Position numbers and translations under genes: made by a program
The notes under the pieces: generated by a model
Database searches by the model: none
Told to the model about the DNA's origin: nothing
Seen by the model: only the letters and a program-made list of their open reading frames with translations
In this document: positions 1-13,001 of the stretch, one piece after another
Layout: every line of letters starts with the position of its first letter
Position numbering within the stretch: the stretch's first letter is position 1
DNA from: Sanchytrium tribonematis
Taxonomy: Eukaryota
DNA length: 49,026 bases
Reading direction: 5' to 3'
Assembly (NCBI GenBank): GCA_018985235.1
Contig: JADGIG010000015.1
Span: 1 to 49,026 of the forward strand

Positions 1-7
1 TTCCGCC

Positions 8-325
8 GTGACAAATTACAAATCAGGTAAATCATTTAGAGGAATGCATTCTGTAGATTTATTAGTGCAGAGTGATTTATTAAACAAGCCATTTTCACTC
101 AAGTGGGTAAAAGGCCATGCAAAATCTCATGGAAATAATTTGAGTGATTTATTGACTAGAATTGAGTCTAATAGCGATAATTTGCCCATTAGCTTAGTAT
201 ATCATTGTCATAATTTGAGTAGAGCCACATTTAAGGCCAAAGGGAAAGAAAATGATAGATTGATTGCACTTTTGCATCGATCATTGAAACTGCCAGATTT
301 GCAGAGAGGAAAAATAAAGGACTAG
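8..325 (+). pseudogene. RNase H fragment of a retroelement (probably non-LTR), truncated at the window edge
   Basis: Translation contains LKWVKGHAKSHGNNLSDLL, matching the RNase HI C-terminal motif WVKGHxxxxGNxxAD. Confidence 0.7.
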
Positions 326-1422
326 TCAAAGTCATTTTAAATAATTACTTTAATAAATAGATGAGATGATGCTGCTATGCAGCACATCGAATTCAGTAAA
401 AAAAAATAAGGTCACAATGTCACTGTCGCTACAGGACAACAGTGCTGTTTCTTTTTTATTAGCAAATGCATTCACTTGTGACTTTACAGTATTAGTGATT
501 TTTGCAATACTTCTTCCGATGGTATTTGTTCTATTGGTCCACATCTTATGAACTCTGTTCATGCTCTCCCCCATTTGACTGCTGACAATATTAAGGGAAT
601 ATACGTATCTTGAATACACAGAGTAGACCCTCCTATCTATGTTCTGCCACAAGTTGGTCAAGAATTTTACGGCATTTGTATATTCCCTTTCATTACAATA
701 TTTAATCAAACTTATCATACACGCCATTGCATTCCACATTAACATTTAATACTGGATAGTAGTAGTCACTGGAAACTTTAGAAAGCTCAGATTTAATATA
801 TTTCCGGTCATCTAATGAAATTTCATTTAATCTCATTGCATTGACACTTTTGATGTGCCAAATACACCAAAGTTTGGGTACTTGTGGGTAAACGTGGTTT
901 AATGAATGAATATAAGCAGCATCACGATCAGTAATAAAGCATGGTATTTCTCTCTTGTAGTGTTTTTTGAATAAATTCAATATTTGATTTATAATTGTTA
1001 TTGATTCAGAATACACATAGGCACATGCTACTACCATGGAATTTCCTATTTGATTTTTAATTGTGAATATAATCAGCTTCAAATTCTTCAAATAAGAGAT
1101 ATTGAATGTAGAATTAAGAATAACTGGCCCAATAAATTGATTTAAGTTGCACACAGCTTTAAAAAAGAAATAATTTAAAAAAGAAATAAATAATTGAAAT
1201 TGTAGTAGTCAAAACTCCTGTCTACATTATCATTATAATTTAAAATATACTCTACTTTCTCGTCGTCTAATGAATTTAAGATATTTTTAAAATCGTATAA
1301 ATTGGGGCAAATATTACTGACTAATTCCAAGCCAACATTAATTTTATATGATTGAGATATAATTTGATGTATTTGTAGCGGCGTGTTATAAGCTCTTTTT
1401 AGAATTATGATGTGATTATAAG

Positions 1423-1445
1423 CATAGGTGGGCAAAATGGAATGG
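1423..1445 (+). repeat. Left terminal inverted repeat of the hAT element (23 bp)
   Basis: Exact reverse complement of 2882-2904. Confidence 0.95.
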
Positions 1446-1519
1446 CCCATTAATGGATTTGAATATTTGCCAATCCATTCATTAATGGGCAAATGGCCAT
1501 TAATGGGTAAATTTCGGAC

Positions 1520-2758
1520 TTATTTATTTATATCAAATTCTGAAGAAATAACGTCGGAATATTCTTTAGATTGACGCATCACTTTGTCAATCAAATAGAC
1601 ATCCCATTTATCCATGTTGTATTTTAAAAACAAAATATTTTCAAATGTCAAAGGATTGAGACTATTTCGCAGGGAAGTCAAAACATGCTTTGACTTGCTA
1701 AAAAGCCTTTCGCAAATATTTGAGGTTGGGTTTAAATGAGATAAATCAATATATTGCATTTCAAATTTTCTTTTTTTGTTTGCACTTGCTTTTAAATGAA
1801 CAAAATTTAATTCAGAACTGCTTGGTTCGCTAACAACTTCAACAGATGGGCTTAAACGAAAGTGCTGTACAGCAAGTTTTCTATTTTTGATAATTCCGAT
1901 TCCTTATTATCAATAATTTTTGAAATCGCATTTCCAAAATGGGGATATTTCACAATTTTAGAATTGGGGGACAAATATTTATCAAACCGACCAGGATATT
2001 TACTTTTTCTAACAATTCTTCATTATTTTTCATATTTTCAAGCACGGCTAAATTCATTCTATGGGAATAGCAACCTAGCATGGGTGTTTTAACCATCTTA
2101 CTAAAGTACCGGTTAGTATTGCAATTATCAAGAACATACAATTTGACATTTACCAAAGACTTTCCATATATAGACAATGTATTGGAAATCAAGTTCTCAC
2201 GATTGTTTGCATTTTGGGTTTCAGGATCCTCAAAAACAGAAATTGACAGAAGATCAGGATCCTTCCATCAAAATAAAGCACAAAAATTCCAACATAATGA
2301 TTGGAATAAGATTTCCACCCATCAAAACAAATGCCAAATGCATCAGGTGAGCCATCTGCAATTTTTTTCTCTACGTTGGGTACCACCAACTCTATGTATT
2401 TCCTCAATGTTTTTTTACTGACGGGGTATAAATTAGTACAACTACGTGTAAATTCAGATTCAACGAAAGTAAATGGCAAATTTTCAATGATTACCCATTT
2501 CATCCATTTGTATACATTTTTCCCCTTATCAGTAAAGATTCTATGTTGTAAGGTATTTCCCATCATTTCTTGTTCATACAATTTGTGCTTATTTTTAATA
2601 TGATTTACAAAATTAGCTGGACCTTTTCCATCCATCTTCTTAATTTTGACTCCACATCTACATTTTCTACGATTATCATTATCTAATACTTCATCAAAGC
2701 CGAAGTAATACGCAACCATTTCCTGCGTTGTGAAAATATTACTCATGGAGTGCGTCAA
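1520..2758 (-). pseudogene. hAT transposase, frameshifted and internally deleted
   Basis: BED-like finger (KCRC...NFVNHIKNKH), ICFDGWKS, VLDNCNTN, GCYSHRMNLAV and C-terminal dimerisation motif PTSNICERLFS are spread over several frames. The TRW-containing insertion-domain segment is not seen. Confidence 0.9.
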
Positions 2759-2881
2759 AAATTATAAAATTTAAACAATTTAATGATAATCTCCCGAAAG
2801 ATTGTATTTAAAGAAATGGTCCCATTTGATCTGTCAATTCCATTCCCATTTTAAAATGGAAATGGCCATTAACGGAAAATT

Positions 2882-2904
2882 CCATTCCATTTTGCCCACC
2901 TATG
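2882..2904 (-). repeat. Right terminal inverted repeat of the hAT element (23 bp)
   Basis: Exact reverse complement of 1423-1445, followed by TSD ATTATAAG. Confidence 0.95.
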
Positions 2905-5900
2905 ATTATAAGCATCATTATTAATACGAATCAGATCTTTCAGCCGTTTTATTATATTGGAGTCTGGTAAATCATGATTAAGAGCTGGTATACTATTATT
3001 CTTAAATTGTTGTGAACTCGAACATCATTTATCATCTCCCCAACTCGACTTTAATAAAATATTGATTTTGAATGGACATTTTAATTTACTGTTTTTATAC
3101 ACATGACTGCATTTAAATCTCCCATTCTTTTTCTTTTGATCCATACAGTCCAATAGTGTGATATTATAATTTTGGAACAAAAGATACGTAATTTCACGCA
3201 GTTTATCTAATGGGTGATATGTATTGCTGTGTTTTTCATAGATAATTGGATCATATGGAGTGATAATATGCTCGATATTTGTAGTTCGATTGGTAAAAAC
3301 ATTGTTCCCCATCTCGTTGTGTAAGAAAAAATATTTATTGAATATTTTTATCAATTTCTTATCATTGTATCAAAGTCGCAACGTGACTTGACATCTGATA
3401 TATAGTCAAATAGCGAATTTTCTACCTAACATGATCTACGGCGTACGGTGAAATAAGATGTTCTCAAAACATTTGTATTCGGAAAAAGTCTGCCATCAAC
3501 CTTAGTTCAGATGCTACGGAGCACTGATTTAGTTTTTGGTTAAAATACCAAATGAAGGTGTAGGAATTGGCACACCTGTCTAAATTATTCAGATTAAACT
3601 TGAACGTATCATTGATGGAGTTTGGAATATAAACTCCCAAGACATTGAATGATATGAATTATTTCTCATTTAATGTACAAGCTTGATGTGAGTTCAGAAG
3701 GTTGTAAGTATGAGATTTGGAAGTCATATCGAATAATAAAGAAAAATTATTTTTTCTGTGATAAGATTGTAAAAGAAGATAATTAGTGCATTTCACAGGC
3801 TTGTTTGAAGGAAGTGTTGATGCTAAAGTTGTTGAAAATGATACCATATATTGATTCAAACTCCCCAAGATAAATCAGGCCGTTCTAATTTGAAAAATTT
3901 GAAGATTGTCGCAAAGATTCTTAGAATGATTGGAATTTTCAGGAACGAGTATTGCAGAAGAATTTAGTTCAATGACCATTTTTGTATTAGTCACTTTTCC
4001 TAAATTTGGACACATCTTGACACTTGAAATCCCCTGTCATTTATAATATCCAAAACTTAATTTCAAATTCCATCTAAACTTTTATTTGAGTACATCTCTA
4101 GCATTGTGTTTGTTTCAGGATTGTCAAATGTCTTACTACAAATCTTTACTTTTTGTTTCTCTGACGTGTCTATGTCAGTTTCGACCTTCAGCAAATAACG
4201 ACATACTAGACATTTTCGTTTAGCAGTTCGGCAATTCTCAAATAAGATTTGCTAACTTCATTGGAGTACCTACTGTCCCACTTACTGGTCTAAATTTGGT
4301 AAGCTGAAGTGGCTGTCACGTATTGTAATCACTTCAATTCCCGAAACTCCAAAATTCTGCACATTAAAAAGGTGCGCTCTCATACTCTGTATCTTATTAG
4401 CAATCATTCCTTTCTCAGAAGAAAAAATATTTTTATAGGCATTGAATGCCTTCTTGCTATCAGAATGCGCCATATTTTGAGCATAATATTTAACTCCTTT
4501 AGACAAACCTTAGAGTGGATTACCGTTCGACTATTGTGCAAGGAGGAAATTATGTCAAATAGCATTTGAAGTAATTTTGGAATATTTTTGGTGCTCACTT
4601 TCTTGTGAGATCTGAGTAGTGGGTTACAAAAATGATGCCACTGAGTGATTACAGATTTATTAAATGATGTTATGCGATCTTATTTAATGGTGTCAATGAT
4701 TAATGTAAGTACTGCTTTTTGATAGAATTGAAAAAGAAACGCATTTTATATCTATTCCATTTACCAAATCAAATAAACTAAGCTTGTGATGTGGTTGATT
4801 TTTGCGATTAACAATGTTAACAATTATGAAAAATCTGTCATAAATTTCAGACGATTCCAAATGCTCGAATCGCATTCCCAATACTTTTTCTGATATTATG
4901 AAATATTTGAAAGAGAGTGCGCAATAAATTTAATGTTATTTTAATAAAAATGGAGCATTTCATATTCTAAAGAAAAGCAAACATATAATTTAAATCATCC
5001 AGAAGTGATGGTTCATAGTCGCCATAACCCAATTTTCTATAACAGCTGAAAATACTACTTCTCTTTGATTTAAGTGTGCTGGGTTTCAACGATTTTTAGT
5101 TGATGAAAATTTTAAAAATGCTGCAATTCCATGTATTTAAATGATGTTTATCTCATCCATATCTTCAACTCTATAATCTCGCTCATTAAATGACACATTT
5201 TGAGATTCCAAATGCAGTCTAAGCTGTCTAATGACTCCATCATGTTTTTTACGGGTATTTAATTTTTAGGAGAATTGAATGGTATATTTAACGGCCTGTA
5301 GGGATTCCAATGGTGTAAATGATGCTCATTTAGTGCAGAACAGCAGCCTCCGGAAGAACATTTTGGAGTCATAAACGTTACAAATATATGAAATAAATGC
5401 CATTTCTATAGATTAGATGAATACCCACAGTAAAATGCAATATGTTTTTATTAATTTTAAATTATTTTATTGAAAATTGATAAGGTTAAACCAAAAATGC
5501 GTTAGTTGGAACATTTGAAAAATAAGTGCATTTGATTTGGCCATTTTGACAACATTCGTTCACATAAATGGGCGAACGTAAAGGAAAGAAAGTTGGTAGT
5601 ACTGGTGAAAGGAAGAAAACCGTCGAGTTTGGAATTATTTTCAACGATTATATAAGTTGGTCAAATTTATTTTATGGGAGGGACAACATATGAGGGGTGG
5701 AATGATTTAAAGAAACGAGTTGCATTGAATGTTACTGGATAACAATACACATTCCGCTGGACAAATGAGGAAGGCAAGGAATGGAGCTTCTTGACAATCA
5801 AAGTACATTCAATTCAGTGGCGCCTCAGTAGTCGAAACGTAATCGATTCTGTAGAACCTGTTAACATTGCTCAACAAGATGTATCGGATGACTTTCCTTT

Positions 5901-6399
5901 AAAAGGTAGTGAATATGAACAAACTCGTTAACAAATTATAAATAAAACAAAATTATGGCTCAAATAGCTGCTGAAATAGAACACGTGAGAGATACTAGAA
6001 GAAAATATTTAAATTATCACATCTTAAAGAGATCACAATAGAATACACCCAATTACAATATCAGAAAGTATCCGTGTAATAGATGTTAGGTACTGAACAA
6101 CGCGGTAATTTTTAAATTTGACACTTTTGGAGAAAAGGACATATGGAGAGGAACTTGTGTAAGAAGATACTTTTCAACAATTTCCGATTGTATTGCTAGA
6201 TTAAACTAAAATGAAAAACCAGTCTCAGAACTATTAAAATCTACGGGGAAAGAACAACACCCAACCGATATATGTATGAACATTATTCCGGTGACTTCAG
6301 CCTTTCTCTGGGGTAGTGAACCTATCGAATTTGGTAACGCATATAATATGATACATACTGATCACACTAACTGGGAATTTTTGTATTGGAGTCAGATTG

Positions 6400-6784
6400 A
6401 TTTAACTTAAATTCTTAATTATTAAAACAGGGTTAATTAATGAAACTATTGGTGCTGTAGTAAGCCTTCAATATAACTAGTTCCAAAGCTATGCTGTTGT
6501 TAAATTTGAAGAATTCCCCAACAAAAGAATATGTTGATGATGTATTTAATCAAGCATTACCTCTGCAACTAGTGTATTTAACCACAATCAATAAGTGCCA
6601 GGGACTAACACTCTCCAAATTTGTAGTTAAACCACTTGAAAATATGAGAAGCTCCAACAGCAAAGCTTTATTATATGTAGCTATATGGTGGATTAAATAT
6701 TCAAACAATATAAAGTTTCTTAGAATGCGGCCTCATTCTTATCAAGACTTTGAATTGCGACGCGTCTTACATATCTTTGAATAA
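6400..6784 (+). pseudogene. PIF1-family helicase C-terminal remnant (Helitron or other transposon-associated type)
   Basis: LPLQLVYLTTINKCQGLTL and LLYVAI resemble PIF1 motifs PLxLAxAxTIHKSQGxTL and YVALSR. Upstream GLINETIGAV resembles GLxNGTxG. Broken by stops. Confidence 0.7.
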
Positions 6785-7604
6785 AAGATAAAAAGTTTTA
6801 TTTGAATTTGTTAATTTGGCATTACAGATTTTTAAGAGCATACCGTGTGGGTATTTCTCATCTCAGTGTTGATTTAATTGAGTTTTGGGCAGTGAACTTG
6901 GGCAAATACTTGTAAAAAAAGTTTATTTACCATCCAATTATGACAGTGGAGACGACAAAATTTATATGAGTTTTTTGGGGTTGTCATTTTTTTCTACGCT
7001 TTAAATGCATATCAGGGTCATAGTTAATAATTTGAATTCCTGTTTTATCTATTTGAAGACCGTTCCTGAAATTGCCACTGCTACTTAACTTTAGACAGAT
7101 AAATTGATATTTTTTTGGACATTGATTTGAATATTTTAGCTGTTTGAAAGCTTTATGGAATCTGTTTCCGGCTAATTTTTTCTTTCATATTCTTTGCTTA
7201 TTAAATACAATACCGGGAAAAATGTCTACCAAATCATGGTGTTGAGATAAAACACACAGCTGCCAAATCACTCAGTAAATTATGGGTTAGCTTGTGTAAA
7301 GCATTTTTGCGTGGTTCTGTTGTAATTAATTTTTTACGTAAACAACTTCTCGTTACCATTCTCTTATTTTCATTAATTGCAATTTTGGATGGTACTTTGA
7401 TAAGACACCATGCAATAGTTTATTGAAGAAGGGCATTCTTTTTTAACAACGATTTCTACATAACAAAAATTTACTTCGTCGCAAGTTTCAGAAAACATAC
7501 CACGCTATAACTGACGTGCCACAGGCACTTCTGCTTTTGAGAGCGATGCCATATCGCCATTAGATTAATTATTTAAATTATACGGATCCCAATTATTTGA
7601 CAAC

Positions 7605-8810
7605 ATGAGATTCAGCCAATTTAATTTAGACCAAATTGAACAAATTATAAGACATTATGATCACCTACAGCAGAGTGGAAGCAGTAATCAGACATCAATA
7701 AATAACCAATATTTCATTAATAGATGCATTACAGCATCGAACACGGAGAAGTCAAGTGAGAGACTAAAATTCGCAAGATTCGACTCTAGCTGTAAAACTA
7801 GCCAAACTAGTTAGAGAATAGTCAGAACAAACATCTCATGACTCTAAAAAGAAGTATAAATCGAAATTAGTACGTGTTATCATTGCAGGTATGAAGAAAT
7901 TAACCAAAGATGGGAAATTAATTACAAACTCTTTGCCATTGAAAAAAGCATTATTTGAGATATGTCACAGAAGCAATCATGATATTGAATTGGCTGACAT
8001 TCGACGATTTGACTTTCTTCATGATCACAAATTCATGGAGTTAATCTTTTTAGAGATCCACCAATCAGATGTCTTAAATGCGTTACAAAAATTAAAAGTA
8101 GAATCGAGTTTTGCTGATCAATTTCAAAACGCGAAGTACTTCGGCCAAATAAATGGTACTAATGCATAAAAGCCAGATCTGAAGAAAGCAAAAATTCAAC
8201 GAATTAAGGAGTTGGTGTTGGAAATTGGACGAGTTGTTTACATCACGAGTAATCACACTCCAAAAAGTTTTATTTTAGCATTTATTGTACAATGAGCGAT
8301 CTGAGTGGTCCAAAATTCCAAAATATAACGAATGAGTGGTCCAATGAGATTATAAAAATTGCTGATGAAACTGATGAGGTTAATTTTGATCAAGGGTATC
8401 TCACAGACGAGATGGATGACTCAGAGGGAGATCTATTGAGTTTCTTGGAGATAAATGACAATATCAAATTCCGTACGGTGATTGATGTCATTGAAGAAGA
8501 AGAAAATGTTCCCCCAGTTTCACTCCGTTATTTTGTCGATGGAAAGCCTGTGTCAAGTTTAGATGAGTCTCCCACTATTCCGGACAAGTGCAGTGTTATG
8601 ATTATGAGCACAAAAGTCGCTGAAGTGGATTGTGTAAAAGCATTATATGTGATTTTAGATGGACATCACTTATCACCTATTCCTAGAACAGCTAAACATA
8701 ATTTATTTCTATCTGATAGTGTTATCCACTGTATCATAGCAAACCAATTGTTGTTAAACGTGAATGACGATGGGGCTAATAATTCTTGCGGTCTCGTACT
8801 CCAAATATAA
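7605..8810 (+). pseudogene. Fragmented ORFs of unknown function, probably transposon-associated
   Basis: Three co-oriented coding-like ORFs (7605-7814, 7891-8169, 8292-8810) separated by stops or frameshifts. No family recognised. Confidence 0.35.
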
Positions 8811-8925
8811 AGCAAGGTGGAATCAACTTAAAGCAAAATATATAGATGTAATATCTGTGAAACAGGATCATTCCCTAGGGGTTTTAATGACTTTGTACAT
8901 TAGCACATGGTAATAAATGAGAAGC

Positions 8926-9755
8926 TTAATATGACTCAGCATTATGTGTTAATTTTTCAAAAAGAGGAAGAGTGTCAAGTTTACATCTTTTTCGAATCTG
9001 ATTTTTAATATAGTGTACTATTACACTTAAAATGGCGTTGCTTGATGGACTACTCCATAATTCAAACTCAATTGAGTAGCAATTAATCACTTGTAACTCT
9101 ACGATCACCATATTTTTAACTCAAATAAACAATTGGCAAGGTTTTTTTGCACATGTTCGTCTGGATGGTGGAAATGAGACGATTGTTTTAAATAATTTGT
9201 ATCATTGATTCTAAAAAAACATTCTAAGTTTTCTGGAACTGTTGTTTGTGCTGGATTACTATGATTACTTACAGATTTATGCAAATGGTGAGACTTCAAA
9301 TGCTGATTAATTTTTTGTTTGCTAAATTTTTTTTCCTATTTTAGATATGTAGGCACAGGAGTATATCGGACATTGTGTACAAAATACATTTTTGACACTT
9401 CCCTTTTTTGCATCCCTTTTTTTCTAAAAAAAAATTTTAACATCAAGATAGTCAACATCAACAAATAACTTTTAATCCCACATTGTATTGACTGGAATTG
9501 TTGAATCAGACACAACTTCACTTGATCAATTTGTGAAGTCATCAAGGAAGTTAGTTAAAATTGCATAAATTAGGATATATAATGTATTTATACAGAAATA
9601 ATCAAAATAGGCCATTAAAAAAAGCCAGATCAAATATTTTCAACTTTTTTCCGAATAGTTTTCATCTAGTCTAGTCAAAAATATTGGAAAATTAAACTAG
9701 TTCAGTCACAACTAAAGACTAGTCAGTGACTAGTTAGTCATTAGTTCCAGCTCTA
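8926..9755 (-). mobile_element. Second, older hAT remnant (5' end plus start of transposase)
   Basis: IEFELWSSPSSNAILSVIVHYI resembles hAT DxWTS...LxVTxHYI. NQHLKSHH resembles a BED finger end. A minus-strand end TAGAGCTGG at 9755 is followed by clustered (A)CTAGT repeats at ~9665-9745. No partner TIR found. Confidence 0.55.
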
Positions 9756-12039
9756 GAAATCAAAAAAATGACTCGGATATAGAACTCGTCTAAAAATAAC
9801 CACTAAAATGAGAATTAAAAGGAAAAAGAATATAATATACATCTAATCACACCAGTTCAACGCGCCAAACGACTTAAAGCAATCATGGCGTGATCACTCA
9901 ATTGTCTATTATTTTAAATAGATATTTGAGTAAAATCAATAATATAGGAGCCAGCATGCTAATATTGTGGATTATTATGAATATATTTTCTGTCAATTAT
10001 GGATTTTCCGCTTAATTCGTAGAATGTATAAAACATATTCAGGTCCAATTCCTTCATATTAACGATATAAATCTCATCTGCGAAGTCAAGAAACAATTCG
10101 TCTTCTGTCTCTTCTTTCTTGCAGGTAATTTCCCCAAATAATGAGAAAGAATTTGTGTACCCAGTCTTTCTCTGCCTAAGATTTGAGTTTATAAATACTG
10201 TTTTAATTTAATACTACAAGAATACAAACCATTATTGTTCAAATAACTTATAAAAGTATTCTGACAAATTCGGATTTCCGACTCCACAATTAATTCAGCA
10301 ACCGAGTCGAACTAGTGTTTTTTGCAGTGACTATAAAATGGCCTTCATCCGCAAATGATAACTTTTTTGGTCTACTTGACTTTTTTCTCAAAATCACATT
10401 ATCGTGCTTTAAAAATAAATAAAACCATCACTTGACTGTACGCCTATCAACATTAGATAAATGATTGCTGTGTTTAAAAATTGACGTTATTTAAGAGTAA
10501 TTTGCAACAGCTAATTTTGCTCCAATCTTTTTTCCAGTCTGCTCCATTGGATAAAGCAGAGAAAAGTCCAGGGGAAATAGAAGGTGATAACAATGTACCC
10601 CTGAAGATTTGTAATACAGATCAGTAGAATTGCGGAGAAATCGATTACTAGCCATTTTGCAATCTCAACATAATAAATTTCAGAAATTTTACATCTAAAT
10701 TTTATGCGCCAATTGCAGCCAATCCAATAATTAAAAGTGTTTTTTCGATATTGCCTCACAAGACGCTGTAGCTCCTAAATTGTCACAAAAAACTCTGCTG
10801 TTCAGGTTTTAATAGTGTTTCAATAATGCATGCTTGAGTGCCATTTTAATGCTATTTCAGTCTGTGATGGCTGCGTGTTTAGTTGTCTATTGTGTAATTG
10901 ATACTAAATCTTTTCCGAAGGGTTGATAAATTCGTTGGGACTTACAAAATAACCAGTTTAGGCTTGACGTCAAATTATACCGTTACATGTCTACGAATTA
11001 AATGATATTTGTATTGCTCAAAAACCAACTATACAGCCAACGCTCCTTGTGCATACGATTTGCATTTCTGTTCTATAACATTGATTTTCTTGAGCTAAAT
11101 TTAATGACATGGCCTTATTGTATTAAGACATATCCTGCAGGGACACCGCTAGCATCATCTTATAATGCAAATCTAAGTCAAAATGTGCTTGAATCAAGAC
11201 CAATTCTTTAGCAATACACGATTTTAAATCTTTTAATGCTGCATCCATTTCCTTTGTTCATTAAAATGGAAAATTACTTTTACCGGATGCTTTAGTTAAT
11301 GGACTCGCAAAATGACTATAATTTGGTATGAATGACTGAATATAGACACTCATTCCTAAAATAATCTAGGTAGCTTGCTAGTAATTTGGTCTTGGTATAT
11401 CAAAGATTGCTTTAACTTTTCGCTCTTGCATTTGTTACCAAAATTTTGTGAGATCTTAAGGCGCCTAGTCATTTACTACATCATATTTATATTGACGTCT
11501 AATTTCTTCGACTAAGTAGCCCAGGTTCAGAGATTGATAGGCAAATTTAGCCGAGGTGCAACTAAAGTCCTCGCAGGTCTTATATCAGACCCTGATGTCT
11601 ACGTCTACGTCGCAGCAATAAATATTTTCTATAATTCGATTGATTGATTTTTTTTAAAATTGCTATGCGGAATCCTTAAGATGATTCTTGTTTAACATGA
11701 CTTCAGATTTTATTATATGTAATTTTGCACTAGAAATATCATATTAAGAAACACAAGCAGTATGATGTGTTAGCATGAAAACTATTTAAATTATATTATG
11801 AACTATCTTTTGAATAAAGTTTACATTAGGTATATTAATGAGTCCCTTGTGCGAATTTTCTAGAAGTCTGAGCAATCCCATATGATCCAGTTGTTAGTTA
11901 AAAAATAGAACTGATCTCTTTAACTTAACAATTAGTTTGAGTTAGGTAGGTCATGTCCAAATTTTCTAAACATTTAGAATTGATATGCAATTCAAAATGA
12001 TTCTTTTAATAAATCCAGATAGCGCGTTAGAGGCTCAAT

Positions 12040-13001
12040 TACCATCAATAGATTGCAAATAATTCTTCTAAAGAATTAATTACCCCAAACGGAGGTGCCG
12101 TTTTGATCTTCTCAACAGCCAAGACTTTGTCGGGATTGGATCGAAGACCATTTGGACCTAAAATGAAACCAAGAAATTTGATTTCTTTCTGCATAAAATG
12201 GCAATAAGAGTAAAGGGTTTACTCATCCAATTCCCCCCACCTAATCCCAAAAACCCACCCTTTTTTAGTATATCCCATTATACAATCTTCTTTGATCTCA
12301 ATTCTGTCTAATTTAGCTGCACCTGTTTTTGCATTTACAATAAAAGGTTTAATTTTTGATCCATTTTTCTTATTTGCAATCATAAATGTAATATTTGTTT
12401 TTTCATTGAAACCACTAAAGATAGGGACTACATTTGCACCTTTTTTGGCAACAATTTTTGGTTTCCCAACATCCATCTAAATAGCAGTTTCATCCATAAA
12501 TAAAATATTATCTTCCGTATAATTTGCAGATTCTTTTTTAACATCATAAATGTGTTGTGCAGCTGAATTTGCTAATTCCAATTTTTTAGTGAATTGTTTT
12601 GTGGTTGATCTGTTGACTAATCCATTTCTTTTTAGCATTAATTTGTACCAGTTTAATGATATTTTGAAAGATCCATCTAATACCCCCGGGGGAATTGAAT
12701 GGGTAAACACTTTTTTTTAAATGCACAATGTTTTCACGCAAAATCTGATGGACCTTTGGGAATTGAACAAATATTCCTCTTCATTATCTGTCATCAATAG
12801 AATGTCGTCAATTTAAATAAAAACAAACGGGAGATGTCTCAAAACCCCTTCATCGCCCCAGCCTCTACATTCCCTTGACATGTGCAATATTGCTTGGCAT
12901 CTGGGCCCCTGGAAAACGGAATGGATTTGCCCTTGGAGGCCGTGTATAAAATTGAAGTCCAAATAAGTAGTGGTTGTAAAAAGGCGTCCGAATACTAACA
13001 A
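12040..13001 (-). mobile_element. Ty3/gypsy-type reverse transcriptase remnant, split by a TIR element
   Basis: GVLRHLPFVFI*IDDILLMTDNEEE (YxDD with Y mutated to a stop), KVHQILRENIVHLK, then after the insertion YSYCHFMQKEIKFLGFILGPNGLRSNPDKVLAV. Confidence 0.8.
12213..12712 (-). mobile_element. 500-bp TIR element carrying an internal pogo-type (Tc1/mariner superfamily) transposase fragment
   Basis: 25-bp inverted repeats at 12213-12237 and 12688-12712 (22/25 identical), with TA on the left flank. Internal FKISLNWYKLMLKRNGL (CENP-B-type HTH), NILFMDETAI, and EKTNITFMIA...GSKIKPFIV...KKGWV (DDE_1 region). Confidence 0.8.

Larger units (their letters stand above)
1423..2904 (-). mobile_element. 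hAT DNA transposon, 1,482 bp, non-autonomous, with perfect TIRs and 8-bp TSD
   Basis: TIR CATAGGTGGGCAAAATGGAATGG at 1423-1445 and its exact reverse complement at 2882-2904. TSD ATTATAAG at 1415-1422 and 2905-2912. Subterminal AATGG/CCATT repeats at both ends. Confidence 0.95.
350..3354 (-). mobile_element. Degenerate Mutator-like (MULE) transposase with N-terminal FAR1/WRKY-like zinc finger, interrupted by a hAT insertion
   Basis: ORF 702-1154 has FITDRDAAYIHSLNHVYPQVPKLWCIWHI (MULE DDE/CxxH region). ORF 3025-3354 has FKCSH...KCPFKINI, followed in frame after one TGA by LNH. The frame rejoins across the hAT (KDLIRINNDAYN|HIIILKRAYNTPL). Several stops and frameshifts; no TIRs found. Confidence 0.75.

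Noticed and set aside
3420..3660. Non-LTR RT thumb remnant (LPNMIYG, PNEGVGI)
   Set aside because: Too short and degenerate to support a call.
8292..8810. Ulp1-like protease suggested by FLSDSVI
   Set aside because: No catalytic His/Asp/Cys motifs could be traced; one short motif is insufficient.
11500..11620. Structured RNA or ribozyme in a locally GC-richer patch
   Set aside because: No hammerhead, HDV, tRNA or snRNA consensus could be matched by eye.
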